A stretch of DNA of 64,000 nt from NCBI GenBank assembly GCA_022791755.1, contig JAAVZR010000031.1, positions 7,830 through 71,829 of the forward strand. Direction: 5' to 3'. The position numbers and the translations under genes are program-made. The notes beneath the pieces are model-generated. The model was not told where the DNA came from, did not search any database, and saw only the letters and a program-made list of their open reading frames with translations. Source of the stretch: Lachnospiraceae bacterium (GTDB taxonomy: Bacteria; Bacillota; Clostridia; Lachnospirales; Lachnospiraceae). Positions 10,161 through 20,142 of the stretch are shown here, piece after piece (the stretch's first letter is position 1; the number at the start of each line of letters is the position of its first letter).

Positions 10161-10189
10161 TTGACATCACTTTTTGCGCCCTGTATAAT
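10161..10189 (+). promoter_or_regulatory. Sigma-70-type promoter for nifS-thiI
   Basis: TTGACA (10161-10166), a 17-bp spacer, then TATAAT (10184-10189). Confidence 0.6.
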
Positions 10190-10236
10190 AAAATACCAGA
10201 GCTGAAAGCAGCCACGGGAAGGAAGCAGGTACGTCC

Positions 10237-11391
10237 ATGGAGATATATTTTGATAACGCGGCCACGACTCAGGTGGTTCCCAGGGTGAGCGATGCGGTGG
10301 TACGGGCCATGACAGAGAATTATGGCAATCCCTCCTCGCTCCACCACAAGGGCTATGAGGCGGAGCGCTGCGTGCGGGAGGCCAGGGAGAGCATCGCGTC
10401 GCTTCTGAGAGCGGATGAGAAGGAGATCCTGTTTACCTCCGGCGGCACGGAATCGGACAATCTGGCGCTGATCGGGGCAGCCATGGCGAACCGGCGGACG
10501 GGAAACCACCTGATTACCACATCCATTGAGCATCCGGCTGTCCTTCGGACCATGGGGTATCTGGAAGAACAGGGCTTTCGCGTGACATATCTTCCGGTGG
10601 ACGATAAGGGCATGGTGAGGGCTGCGGACTTTGCGGCGGCGCTGACAAAGGAGACGATTCTGGTTTCAGTCATGTATGTGAATAATGAGATCGGTTCGGT
10701 GCAGCCGGTGGCGGAACTCAGCCGTCTGGCAAAGTCGTACCGGCCGTCCATTGTCTTTCACAGCGATGCGGTACAGGCCTTCGGCAAGTATGCGATTCGC
10801 CCGGCGAAGGAGGGAATCGACCTGTTGAGTGTCAGCGCCCATAAGTTTCATGGGCCCAAGGGAGTGGGTTTTCTGTATGTGAAAGATAGGACGAAGCTGA
10901 AACCCATACTGTACGGCGGCGGCCAGCAGAAGGACCGGCGTTCCGGCACGGAGAATGTCTCCGGTATCGCCGGTATGGCGGAGGCGGCCCGTCTGTCCTG
11001 TGAGGATATGGAAGAGAAGAGGCAGAGGCTGTATGGGCTGAAGCGCCATCTGTCCGAAGGAATTCTGAAGATGGAGGGAACCTGTATCCACGGACCGGCA
11101 GGAGAAGCCGGGGCTCCCCATGTGGTCAGCGCCGGTTTCGAGGGGATTCGCAGCGAAGTGCTCTTACATGCTCTGGAGGAGAGGGGGATCTATGTCTCCT
11201 CCGGTTCGGCCTGTGCCTCCAATCACCCGGCGTCAAGCGACACCCTGAGAGCCATCGGCTGTGAGAAGAGGTGGCTGGACAGTACGCTTCGTTTCAGCTT
11301 CAGCGACCTGAATACCATGGAGGAGGCGGACGCCTGCCTGGAGATCCTTAAGGAGCTGCTTCCTGTGCTCAGGCGGTACCGGCGCAGGTAG
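10237..11391 (+). CDS. Cysteine desulfurase (NifS/IscS-like), partner of ThiI
   Basis: Class V aminotransferase fold, PLP-lysine motif SAHKFHGPKG, and an active-site Cys loop SSGSACAS. It sits immediately upstream of thiI. Confidence 0.85.
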   Translation: MEIYFDNAATTQVVPRVSDAVVRAMTENYGNPSSLHHKGYEAERCVREARESIASLLRADEKEILFTSGGTESDNLALIGAAMANRRTGNHLITTSIEHPAVLRTMGYLEEQGFRVTYLPVDDKGMVRAADFAAALTKETILVSVMYVNNEIGSVQPVAELSRLAKSYRPSIVFHSDAVQAFGKYAIRPAKEGIDLLSVSAHKFHGPKGVGFLYVKDRTKLKPILYGGGQQKDRRSGTENVSGIAGMAEAARLSCEDMEEKRQRLYGLKRHLSEGILKMEGTCIHGPAGEAGAPHVVSAGFEGIRSEVLLHALEERGIYVSSGSACASNHPASSDTLRAIGCEKRWLDSTLRFSFSDLNTMEEADACLEILKELLPVLRRYRRR

Positions 11392-11472
11392 CCTTCGGTC
11401 TTTTTAATCGGCGTAGCCTTTTGGCCGTGCTCCTGTGAGGATTTTTCCCATAAGAAACCGGGAGGAAGGAAA

Positions 11473-12651
11473 ATGTATCAGTCTTTTTTGATTAAATATG
11501 CGGAGATAGCCACCAAGGGAAAGAACCGCTACCTGTTTGAGGACGCGCTGGTGAGACAGATTCGCCGTGCCTTAAAGCCGGTGGAGGGACAGTTCCGGGT
11601 GGTAAAGGAGCAGGGGCGCATTTATGCCCACGCCGGCGGAGCGTTTGATTATGACGAGGTGACGGATGTTCTGGGCCGAGTCTTCGGCATCGTGGCCATC
11701 TGTCCGGTGGTGATTCTGGAGGATGAGGGTTTTGAGAAGCTGACAGAGGATGTGATCGCCTATATGGACCGGGCCTATCCGGACAAGCATATGACTTTCA
11801 AGGTCATGGCCCGCCGCGCCCGTAAGAACTATCCGAAGGATTCCTGTGCGATCAATGCGGATCTGGGGGAGGCGATCCTGAACGCGTTTCCCGATATCCG
11901 GGTGGACGTCCATCATCCCGATATCTACCTGAATGTGGAGATTCGGGAGAAGATCTATGTGTATTCCCGGTCCATTCCCGGTGCGGGAGGGATGCCGGTG
12001 GGGACCGCAGGGAAAGCTATGCTGCTCCTATCCGGCGGTATTGACAGCCCGGTGGCCGGTTACATGATCGCCAGACGGGGGGCTGTGATCGACGCGGTAT
12101 ATTTTCACGCGCCGCCCTACACCAGCGAGAGAGCCAAACAGAAGGTGGTGGATCTGGCGCGGCAGGTGGCCAGGTATTCGGGTCCCATCGAACTGCATGT
12201 GATTAACTTCACAGACATACAGCTTTATATCTACGAGACCTGCCCTCACGATGAACTGACGATTATCATGCGCCGTTATATGATGCGTATCGCCGGTCAG
12301 ATCGCGGAGGAGAACGGCTGTCTGGGCCTTGTCACCGGTGAAAGCATCGGTCAGGTGGCTTCTCAGACCATGCAGAGCCTCATGGCAACCAACGAAGTCT
12401 GCACGCTGCCGGTGTACCGGCCTCTGATCGCTTTTGACAAGCAGGATATCGTGTCGGTTTCCGAGAGGATAGGGACCTATGAGACATCGATCCTTCCCTT
12501 TGAGGACTGCTGCACGATTTTTGTGGCGAAGCACCCGGTGACAAAACCGAATCTGAAAGCGATCCGGCGTTCCGAGGAGAAGCTTCAGGAAAAGATCCAC
12601 GGGATGATTTGCACAGCGCTTGAGACAAGAGAAATCATCCGTGTGGAATAG
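11473..12651 (+). CDS. thiI: tRNA 4-thiouridine synthase ThiI
   Basis: Ferredoxin-like/THUMP N-terminus and PP-loop SGGIDSPVA. Confidence 0.9.
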   Translation: MYQSFLIKYAEIATKGKNRYLFEDALVRQIRRALKPVEGQFRVVKEQGRIYAHAGGAFDYDEVTDVLGRVFGIVAICPVVILEDEGFEKLTEDVIAYMDRAYPDKHMTFKVMARRARKNYPKDSCAINADLGEAILNAFPDIRVDVHHPDIYLNVEIREKIYVYSRSIPGAGGMPVGTAGKAMLLLSGGIDSPVAGYMIARRGAVIDAVYFHAPPYTSERAKQKVVDLARQVARYSGPIELHVINFTDIQLYIYETCPHDELTIIMRRYMMRIAGQIAEENGCLGLVTGESIGQVASQTMQSLMATNEVCTLPVYRPLIAFDKQDIVSVSERIGTYETSILPFEDCCTIFVAKHPVTKPNLKAIRRSEEKLQEKIHGMICTALETREIIRVE

Positions 12652-12671
12652 AGAAACGGACTGGAAAGAAA

Positions 12672-12704
12672 ACGCCCCTTTTGTGTGAATTCACAAAGGG
12701 GCGT
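12672..12704 (-). terminator. Hairpin terminator between convergent thiI and the HPr-like gene
   Basis: ACGCCCCTTTTGTG / CACAAAGGGGCGT arms. On the minus strand it is followed by TTTTCTTTCC. Confidence 0.55.
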
Positions 12705-12737
12705 ATGACGGATGCGCCGTATGTAAAACCGGGCAGA

Positions 12738-12971
12738 TCACTCCAGAATGAAAGAGGCTAGGGCTGTGAGGACGGCATCGGCGTCGTTGTCGGAGTGAAT
12801 ACACAGTTCAATGGGCTTTGATAAATCCAGACTGAAAATACCCATCATGGATTTTGCGTCGATGACATAGCGCCCGCTGATCAGGTCAAAATCGGAATTG
12901 TATTTTGCCAGCTCATTGACCAGAGTCTTGACTTTATCAATAGAGTTTAAAGATATTTTGACTGTTTTCAT
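12738..12971 (-). CDS. HPr-fold protein lacking the His15 site but keeping a Ser46-type motif
   Basis: 77 aa. DAKSMMGIFSL matches the HPr Ser46 region. By alignment to GLHARPA, the His15/Arg17 region reads NSIDKV, so neither His nor Arg is present. Confidence 0.6.
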   Translation of the reverse strand: MKTVKISLNSIDKVKTLVNELAKYNSDFDLISGRYVIDAKSMMGIFSLDLSKPIELCIHSDNDADAVLTALASFILE

Positions 12972-13100
12972 GATGAAAACCCCCTTAAAATAGAATATTT
13001 GCTTGGCAGGAAGAGAGACGCTCTTCTCCTGCTATCATAGTAGCGCAGCAAGAAGCGCTGTGTCAAGCCTTTTCCACAAAATCTTTATGGAGGTCCTCGG

Positions 13101-13661
13101 ATGCCGGTCAATCATGTAAAGAAGGCTGAATTTTTAATAGAAACAAAACGTCTTATCCTGAGAGAGATGACGCAGTCAGATTATGATGCTCTGTGTAAAA
13201 TCATGTGTGATGAGGAAGTGATGCGTGCTGCGTATGAACAGGCATTCACTCCGGAGGAGACACAGAACTGGCTGAACAGACACCTGAAAAGATACGAAGA
13301 GTGTGGTTTCGGACTTTGGGCCGTCGTATTAAAAGAGACAGGGGAAATGATAGGCCAGTGCGGCCTCACAATGCAGAGCTGGGGAGAAAGGAAGCTTTTG
13401 GAGATAGGATATCTGTTTCAGAAAGCTTACTGGCACAAAGGCTATGGGACGGAAGCGGCAGCCGCCTGTAAGGAATATGCCTTTACCGTCCTGGATGCGC
13501 AGAGCGTATATTCCATGGTCAGGGACACCAATACGGCGGCTCAGAACGTGGCTCTGCGAAACGGCATGAAAATCATTGATAAAGCCATCAAGAATTTCAG
13601 AAATACGGATATGCGGTTTTTTCTGTATTCTGCAGAACGATCAGAAGAGAGTATGCCATGA
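13101..13661 (+). CDS. GNAT family N-acetyltransferase (RimJ/RimL-like)
   Basis: TKRLILREMTQSDYDAL start and the acetyl-CoA-binding region (GQCGL ... GYGTEAA). Confidence 0.8.
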   Translation: MPVNHVKKAEFLIETKRLILREMTQSDYDALCKIMCDEEVMRAAYEQAFTPEETQNWLNRHLKRYEECGFGLWAVVLKETGEMIGQCGLTMQSWGERKLLEIGYLFQKAYWHKGYGTEAAAACKEYAFTVLDAQSVYSMVRDTNTAAQNVALRNGMKIIDKAIKNFRNTDMRFFLYSAERSEESMP

Positions 13662-15007
13662 AGAAAAGAGCAGCGTTTCATAATCTGGGCTGCAAGGTCA
13701 ACGCCTATGAGACGGAGGCCATGATACAGCAGCTGAAGGGGGAGGGATATGAAATCGTTCCCTTTGAGGAAAAGGCTGACGTATATATCATTAACACCTG
13801 TACGGTGACGAATATTGCGGACCGCAAATCGCGGCAGATGATTAACCGTGCCAGAAAACAGAACCCGCAGGCCGTGGTGGTGGCGGCCGGCTGCTATGTC
13901 CAGGCCAGAGGCGGTGAGCTTTTGGAGGACGGTACGGTGGATCTGATCGTCGGCAATAATCAGAAGGGGCGTCTGGCCGGACTTCTGGAGAGATGCCTGA
14001 GAGAGAAGACGGACCATCCCGGGAGGAGAGATCTGCCGGAGGAGACGAACCTGCCGGAGGATCTGCGGGGTGAGACGGCGTATGAGGAGCTTGGTATTGC
14101 CGGGACAGCAGGCCATACACGGGTTTTTTTAAAGGTGCAGGACGGGTGCAATCAGTTTTGCAGCTATTGTATCATTCCCTATGTCAGGGGCCGGATTCGC
14201 AGCCGCGGTCTCGAGGAGACGCAGCAGGAGGTGCGGCGGCTGGCAGAGGAGGGCTATCGGGAGATCGTCCTGACCGGGATCCACCTAAGTTCCTATGGTC
14301 TGGATCTGGGAATGGGAGAAAAGACGCAGGAGACACCCTTTGGGGAGGGGCTGGTCCGGTTAGTTGGGGCCCTGGCAGAGATACCGGGCATCGAGAGGAT
14401 CCGTCTGGGCTCCCTGGAGCCCCGGATTGTGACGGAGAGCTTTGTGGATGCGCTGGTCTCCTGTACTAAGCTGTGTCCCCATTTTCATCTGTCTCTGCAA
14501 AGCGGCTGCGACAGCGTGTTAAAAAGAATGAACCGTCGCTATACGACGCAGGAATATCGGAATAAATGCCGTCTTTTGCGGGAAGGATTTGAACAGCCGG
14601 CTATCACCACCGATGTGATCACAGGCTTTCCGGGGGAGACAGAGGAGGAATTCGCGGCGACGAAAGCCTTCGTGGAGGAGATGGGCTTTTATGAAATGCA
14701 TGTGTTTCCCTATTCCAGGCGCCGGGGGACGGTGGCGGACGGGATGGCCGGACAGGTGCCGGAGAGTGTGAAGAAGGAGAGAAGTCATGAGCTGCTGGCT
14801 CTGGCACAGGAGATGTCGGAGCGGTTCAGGCAGAGCTATGTGGGAAGAGAGGCAGACGCTGTCATGGAAGAGCCGGAGGGGGAAGGATATATGGCCGGGT
14901 ATACGAGAGAGTATATCCGTGTGAGACGGGCCGGCGGCCGGGAACTGGCCGGTTTGAGGGTTCACGGAAAAATCACTTGCCGAAACGGTATTTATGTATT
15001 AGAATAG
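13658..15007 (+). CDS. mtaB: tRNA methylthiotransferase MtaB (radical SAM)
   Basis: UPF0004 N-domain, radical-SAM motif CNQFCSYC, and a TRAM-like C-terminus. The ATGA overlaps the preceding stop. Confidence 0.85.
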   Translation: MKKRAAFHNLGCKVNAYETEAMIQQLKGEGYEIVPFEEKADVYIINTCTVTNIADRKSRQMINRARKQNPQAVVVAAGCYVQARGGELLEDGTVDLIVGNNQKGRLAGLLERCLREKTDHPGRRDLPEETNLPEDLRGETAYEELGIAGTAGHTRVFLKVQDGCNQFCSYCIIPYVRGRIRSRGLEETQQEVRRLAEEGYREIVLTGIHLSSYGLDLGMGEKTQETPFGEGLVRLVGALAEIPGIERIRLGSLEPRIVTESFVDALVSCTKLCPHFHLSLQSGCDSVLKRMNRRYTTQEYRNKCRLLREGFEQPAITTDVITGFPGETEEEFAATKAFVEEMGFYEMHVFPYSRRRGTVADGMAGQVPESVKKERSHELLALAQEMSERFRQSYVGREADAVMEEPEGEGYMAGYTREYIRVRRAGGRELAGLRVHGKITCRNGIYVLE

Positions 15008-15050
15008 AAAGGGATAACCAGAGTATTCAGAGAGAGAAGGACGTGATAGA

Positions 15051-15311
15051 ATGGACAGCATGCATGAAACCCAGCATCTGTATCCGCAGGCGGAACAGAA
15101 AACAAAGGCCAGCCAGATTCTGGCCGAGGTGTATGGCGCGCTGAGGGAGAAGGGCTATAATCCGACGAATCAGATCGTAGGCTATATCATGTCCGGAGAC
15201 CCTACCTACATTACCAGCTATAAGAGTGCACGCAGCATGATTATGCGAGTGGAGCGGGATGAGCTTCTGGAAGAGCTGGTGAAAAATTATATCGAAAACA
15301 GGCTGGCATGA
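15051..15311 (+). CDS. ireB: IreB-family regulatory phosphoprotein (UPF0297)
   Basis: [23 protein letters not shown] signature. Synteny with ruvX, as in B. subtilis yrzL-yrrK. Confidence 0.8.
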   Translation: MDSMHETQHLYPQAEQKTKASQILAEVYGALREKGYNPTNQIVGYIMSGDPTYITSYKSARSMIMRVERDELLEELVKNYIENRLA

Positions 15312-15736
15312 GGATTCTGGGACTTGACTATGGCTCCAGGACCTGTGGGGTCGCCGTGTGCGATCCTTTAGGGATTACGGCCCAGGGCCTGGAGACGATT
15401 GTGCGCAGGGAGGAGAATAAGCTGCGCAGGACGCTGGCTCGCATCGCAGAGCTGGCAGAGGAGTATCAGGCGGAGCGGATTGTGCTTGGCCTGCCTCTTA
15501 ATATGGATGATACCATGGGACCGAGAGCGCAGAAGACGCTGCTCTTTAAGGAGCAGCTGGAGCGCCGTACAGGTCTTCCCGTGGTACTTCGTGATGAGCG
15601 CCTCACGACGGTGGAGGCGGAAGAAGTATTGATCGAAGCCGGCGTCAGACGGGAACACAGGAAGCAGTATGTGGATAAGCTGGCGGCCGTATTGATATTG
15701 CAGGGGTATCTGGATGAGCTGCCCCGCGGAAAATGA
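15308..15736 (+). CDS. ruvX: Putative pre-16S rRNA nuclease / Holliday junction resolvase-like YqgF
   Basis: [18 protein letters not shown]-terminus, the typical size of about 140 aa, and the synteny. Confidence 0.9.
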   Translation: MRILGLDYGSRTCGVAVCDPLGITAQGLETIVRREENKLRRTLARIAELAEEYQAERIVLGLPLNMDDTMGPRAQKTLLFKEQLERRTGLPVVLRDERLTTVEAEEVLIEAGVRREHRKQYVDKLAAVLILQGYLDELPRGK

Positions 15737-15751
15737 GCAGGTGACAAACGA

Positions 15752-16009
15752 ATGGATGAAAAGATTGTATTGACTGATGAATCCGGTGAGGAGATCGAGC
15801 TGTATGCAGTGGAGGAGACCCGCGTGGCCGGCGTCAACTATCTGCTGGCGGCAGAGGAGGAGGGCGACGGCGCCTGTTTTATTCTGCGTGACATTTCTTC
15901 GGCGGAGGATTCCGATGCAGTCTATGAGGTGGTGGAGGATGAGAATGAACTGGAGTACCTCTTCCACATTTTTAAAGAACTGGTCGGAGATATCGACCTG
16001 GAATACTAA
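15752..16009 (+). CDS. DUF1292 (YrzB-like) protein
   Basis: Small acidic protein with an I.L.DE.GEE pattern, placed after ruvX. Confidence 0.75.
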   Translation: MDEKIVLTDESGEEIELYAVEETRVAGVNYLLAAEEEGDGACFILRDISSAEDSDAVYEVVEDENELEYLFHIFKELVGDIDLEY

Positions 16010-16070
16010 ACGTTTTATCATTGTGCGGAAATAGGGCTGAAGCCCGGAAAATGGAGGTTTTATTTCAGAT

Positions 16071-17738
16071 TTGAGACAAAAAGAAAAAAAGAATACGCTT
16101 CGCATCATCCCTCTCGGCGGTTTGGAGAAGATAGGGATGAATATGACTGCCTTCGAATACGGAGACAGTATTATTGTGGTGGATTGCGGTCTGGCATTTC
16201 CGACAGAGGACATGCCGGGCATTGATCTGGTGATTCCGGATACCACCTATTTAAAGGATAACATTTCCAGAGTGAAAGGCTTTTTTATTACTCACGGTCA
16301 TGAGGATCACATCGGCGCCATCCCCTATGTGATGCAGGATTTTGACGTACCGGTCTATGCCACCCGGCTTACCCAGGCGATCATCGAGCATAAGCTGGAG
16401 GAGAGGGGGATGGTCCGCAGCGTAAAACGCAAGACTGTGAAATACGGACAGACGATCAATGCCGGCTGTTTTAGGGTGGAGTTTGTCCGCACCAATCACA
16501 GCATCGTGGATGCGGCGGCACTGGCGATCTTCACTCCGGTGGGGATCCTGGTCCATTCCGGTGACTTTAAGGTGGACTATACGCCGGTGTTTGGCGATCC
16601 CATTGACCTGCAGCGCTTTGCCGAGCTGGGCAAGAAGGGTGTGCTGGCTCTGATGGCCGACAGCACCAACGCCATCCGGGAGGGTTTTACCATGTCGGAA
16701 AAGAGCGTGGGAAGGACATTCGAGACGATCTTTTCGGAGCATAAGAAAAACCGGATTCTGGTGGCCACCTTTGCCTCCAATGTGGACCGGGTGCAGCAGA
16801 TCATCAACGTGGCCTATCAGTATGGCCGCAAGGTGGTGGTGGAAGGCCGCAGCATGGTGACGATCATCGGACTGGCCCAGGAGCTGGGGTGCATCCAGAT
16901 CCCCAAGGGAACGCTGATTGATATCGAGGAGCTGAAAAATTATCCGGAGCATAAGACCGTGCTGATCACCACAGGCAGCCAGGGAGAATCCATGGCGGCT
17001 CTCTCCCGCATGGCGTCGGATGTCCATAAGAAGGTGTCGATTCATAAGGGCGATGTAGTGATTATGAGTTCTCATCCGATTCCGGGGAATGAGAAGGCGG
17101 TGGCCCGTGTCATCAATGAATTGTCGGAGAAGGGGGCGGAGGTGATCTTCCAGGATACCCATGTATCCGGCCATGCCTGCAAGGAGGACCTGAAGCTTCT
17201 CTACAGTCTCTTAAAGCCCCAGTTTGCCATTCCGGTCCACGGAGAATACCGTCATCTGCAGGCACAGCAGAAGATAGCCGTGGAGATGGGCATTCCGGAG
17301 AAGAATACGGTGCTGCTGCGCTCAGGCGATGTGCTGGAGGTGACGGAGAGCGCGATGAAGGTGACGGGGCGGGTACAGGCCGGAAGTGTTCTGGTGGACG
17401 GCCTGGGCATCGGCGATGTGGGCAATATCGTACTGAGAGACCGCCAGAATCTGTCCCAGCACGGCATCATGGTGGTGGTGCTGACCTTGGACAGAGCCAG
17501 GCATCAGGTGGTGGCCGGCCCGAATATCGTGTCCCGGGGCGTGGTCTATGTGAGGGAATCGGAAAATCTGATGGATGAGGCTCAGCATGTGGTGGAGGAG
17601 GCTGTGGAGAAATGCCTGCGCCGCCGGATCAGCGACTGGGGTAAATTAAAGACCGAGATCAGGGAGTCTCTGAGCGATTATCTCTGGAAGAAGATGAAGA
17701 GGGATCCTGTGATTTTGCCCATTATCATGGAAGTATAG
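16071..17738 (+). CDS. rnj: Ribonuclease J
   Basis: LRIIPLGGLEKIGMNM N-terminus, the metallo-beta-lactamase motif HGHEDHIG, and beta-CASP plus C-terminal domains. The apparent TTG start is uncertain. Confidence 0.9.
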   Translation: MRQKEKKNTLRIIPLGGLEKIGMNMTAFEYGDSIIVVDCGLAFPTEDMPGIDLVIPDTTYLKDNISRVKGFFITHGHEDHIGAIPYVMQDFDVPVYATRLTQAIIEHKLEERGMVRSVKRKTVKYGQTINAGCFRVEFVRTNHSIVDAAALAIFTPVGILVHSGDFKVDYTPVFGDPIDLQRFAELGKKGVLALMADSTNAIREGFTMSEKSVGRTFETIFSEHKKNRILVATFASNVDRVQQIINVAYQYGRKVVVEGRSMVTIIGLAQELGCIQIPKGTLIDIEELKNYPEHKTVLITTGSQGESMAALSRMASDVHKKVSIHKGDVVIMSSHPIPGNEKAVARVINELSEKGAEVIFQDTHVSGHACKEDLKLLYSLLKPQFAIPVHGEYRHLQAQQKIAVEMGIPEKNTVLLRSGDVLEVTESAMKVTGRVQAGSVLVDGLGIGDVGNIVLRDRQNLSQHGIMVVVLTLDRARHQVVAGPNIVSRGVVYVRESENLMDEAQHVVEEAVEKCLRRRISDWGKLKTEIRESLSDYLWKKMKRDPVILPIIMEV

Positions 17739-17747
17739 GATAAGAGT

Positions 17748-18209
17748 ATGAGTGCGAATAAGAAAAAGACCAATCAGATAACGGCGGCCATTATCCAGAC
17801 GGCCATGATGGTCATCTTTGTGACAGTCATGGCGATGGTGTTTTATGCGGGGATTAAGAAAGCGTATTCCTTTGGATATGCGATCTTCGGCTCCGGGCCG
17901 GTGGCGGAGCCTCCGGGCACCGATAAGGTGTTTGTGGTGGAGGAGGGGATGAGTACGTCCGAGTGCCTGGATAATCTGGAGAAATCCGGTCTGATCCGTG
18001 ATAAAAATGTGGCGCTGATTCAGGAATTTTTCTTTGAGTATGAGATCTACCCGGGGACCTATACCCTGAATACGTCCATGTCGGTGAGGGAGATTCTGGC
18101 GGAGCTGAATGAGAAGCCGCCGGAAGAGACTACAAAAGCCGCACCGGAGACGCCGGCTCCCACGTCCACGGAGGAAGAGACCAGAGAGATCATAGAGGGA
18201 GACGAGTGA
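17748..18209 (+). CDS. MltG/YceG-like N-terminal fragment protein (TM plus LysM-like domain only; catalytic domain absent)
   Basis: One TM helix, then GMSTSECLDNLEKSGLIRDKNV ... YPGTYTLNTSMSVREILAELN, resembling the MltG N-domain. The protein ends in a Pro/Thr/Glu-rich tail, and trmR starts at 18209. Confidence 0.5.
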   Translation: MSANKKKTNQITAAIIQTAMMVIFVTVMAMVFYAGIKKAYSFGYAIFGSGPVAEPPGTDKVFVVEEGMSTSECLDNLEKSGLIRDKNVALIQEFFFEYEIYPGTYTLNTSMSVREILAELNEKPPEETTKAAPETPAPTSTEEETREIIEGDE

Positions 18210-18859
18210 TGGAGCAGGAACGCCTGGCCATATATATTAATTCGCTGGAACAGGAAGACAGCCCCCTGGTGAGTGAGATCGCCAGGGAGGCTGTCGCTTC
18301 TCGTGTGCCGGTTATGCGCAGAGAGACGGCATCCCTGATAAAGACGCTGCTGACGATGAAGCAGCCCCGCCATATCCTGGAGGTGGGCACGGCGGTGGGA
18401 TATTCGGCCCTGGTGATGGCGGAAAATACGGCAGCGGACTGCCATATCACTACGATTGAGAAATATGGGAAGCGGATTCCCGTGGCCAGAGAGAATTTCC
18501 GCAGGGCCGGGATGGAGGACCGGATCACGCTGCTGGAAGGCGACGGCCTGGAGCTGGTGGGCCGTCTGCCCGGTCCCTTTGATTTTATTTTCATGGATGC
18601 GGCCAAGGCGCAGTATATCCGTTTTCTTCCGGATATGCTGCGGCTTCTGCCGCCCGGGGGTGTGATGGTGTCGGATAACGTCTTGCAGGAAGGAGATATC
18701 CTGGAATCCCGTTTCGCCGTAAGGCGCAGGGACCGCACGATCCACAGCCGGATGCGGGAGTATCTCTATGCAATAAAACATCACGAGGCGCTGTCCACAG
18801 CGATTTTGCCTGTGGGTGACGGTGTGGCGGTCAGTGTGCGCCGGCCGCAGGAGGAGTGA
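18209..18859 (+). CDS. Class I SAM-dependent O-methyltransferase (TrmR/YrrM-like)
   Basis: EVGTAVGYS SAM motif, DFIFMDAAK, and synteny with the U32 peptidase gene as in B. subtilis yrrM-yrrNO. The ATG at 18209 lies 7 nt after GGGAG. Confidence 0.75.
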   Translation: MEQERLAIYINSLEQEDSPLVSEIAREAVASRVPVMRRETASLIKTLLTMKQPRHILEVGTAVGYSALVMAENTAADCHITTIEKYGKRIPVARENFRRAGMEDRITLLEGDGLELVGRLPGPFDFIFMDAAKAQYIRFLPDMLRLLPPGGVMVSDNVLQEGDILESRFAVRRRDRTIHSRMREYLYAIKHHEALSTAILPVGDGVAVSVRRPQEE

Positions 18860-18861
18860 AA

Positions 18862-20142
18862 ATGATGGGAAAAAGGAGAGAAAAACCGGAACTTCTGGTG
18901 CCGGCCGGCAGCCTGGAAGCCTTAAAGGCCGCCGTGATATACGGGGCGGACGCCGTATACATAGGCGGGGAGGCATACGGTCTGCGGGCCAGGGCCAAAA
19001 ATTTTTCCATGGAGGATATGGAGAAGGGGATCCGTTTTGCCCATGACAGAGGTACGCGGGTCTATGTGACAGCCAATATTCTGGCGCATAACGAAGATCT
19101 GGAAGCGGCCGGGGCCTATTTCAAAGAATTGAAGACGGTGGGGCCGGATGCGCTGATCGTGTCGGATCCCGGTATCTTCCAGGTAGCGAAAAGCATCCTG
19201 CCGGATATGGAGCTCCATATCAGCACCCAGGCGAACAATACCAATTATGGCACCTGGCGTTTCTGGCACAGCCTGGGAGCCAGGCGCGTGGTATCGGCCA
19301 GGGAGCTGTCCCTGAAGGAGATCCGTCAGATCCGGGATCATATTCCCGATGAGATGGAGATCGAGACCTTTGTCCACGGAGCCATGTGTATCTCGTACTC
19401 CGGCCGCTGCCTTTTAAGCAATTTTCTGACCGGGCGCGACGCGAACCGGGGGAACTGCACCCATCCCTGCCGCTGGAAATATGCGGTGGTGGAGGAGAGC
19501 CGTCCCGGCCAGTATTTTCCTGTGGAGGAAAATGACAGGGGGACTTTTCTCTTTAATTCAAAGGATCTGTGTATGATCGGTCATATACCGGATCTGTTTG
19601 CCGCCGGCATCGACAGCTTCAAGATCGAAGGCCGTATGAAGGCGGCTCTGTACGCGGCGGTCACAGCGCGGACCTATCGCCATGCCATAGACGACTACGG
19701 AGCGGACCCGGCCCTCTATGAGCGGAATCTTACCTGGTATAAGAGTGAGATCGGCAAATGTACCACCCGTGAATTTACCACCGGCTTTTTCTACGGTAAG
19801 CCCACGGAGGATATGCAGATCTATGACGCCAGCACCTATAATCAGGAGATGGTCTATCTGGGGATGGCGGGAGCGCCGGAAGCGGACGGCTTCTTTGCTC
19901 TGGAGCAGAAGAATAAATTCTGTGTGGGAGAGACGGTGGAGATCATGAAGCCGGACGGCAGAGATGTATCGGCCAGGGTGCTGGAGATTCTGGATGAGGA
20001 GGGAAACCGTCAGGACAGCGCTCCCCACGCCAGACAGCGGCTGCGGGTGCGTTTGAGCGCGGCGGTACAGGAGCATGATATTCTGCGAAAAGACGGGAAA
20101 ACCGCTGCGGCGCAGGAGGAAAGAGAGCAGGGGGCCAGATGA
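18862..20142 (+). CDS. Peptidase U32 family protein (TrhP-like, tRNA hydroxylation associated)
   Basis: PELLVPAGS ... AVYIGG N-terminus typical of the U32 family, and [14 protein letters not shown]. Confidence 0.8.
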   Translation: MMGKRREKPELLVPAGSLEALKAAVIYGADAVYIGGEAYGLRARAKNFSMEDMEKGIRFAHDRGTRVYVTANILAHNEDLEAAGAYFKELKTVGPDALIVSDPGIFQVAKSILPDMELHISTQANNTNYGTWRFWHSLGARRVVSARELSLKEIRQIRDHIPDEMEIETFVHGAMCISYSGRCLLSNFLTGRDANRGNCTHPCRWKYAVVEESRPGQYFPVEENDRGTFLFNSKDLCMIGHIPDLFAAGIDSFKIEGRMKAALYAAVTARTYRHAIDDYGADPALYERNLTWYKSEIGKCTTREFTTGFFYGKPTEDMQIYDASTYNQEMVYLGMAGAPEADGFFALEQKNKFCVGETVEIMKPDGRDVSARVLEILDEEGNRQDSAPHARQRLRVRLSAAVQEHDILRKDGKTAAAQEEREQGAR

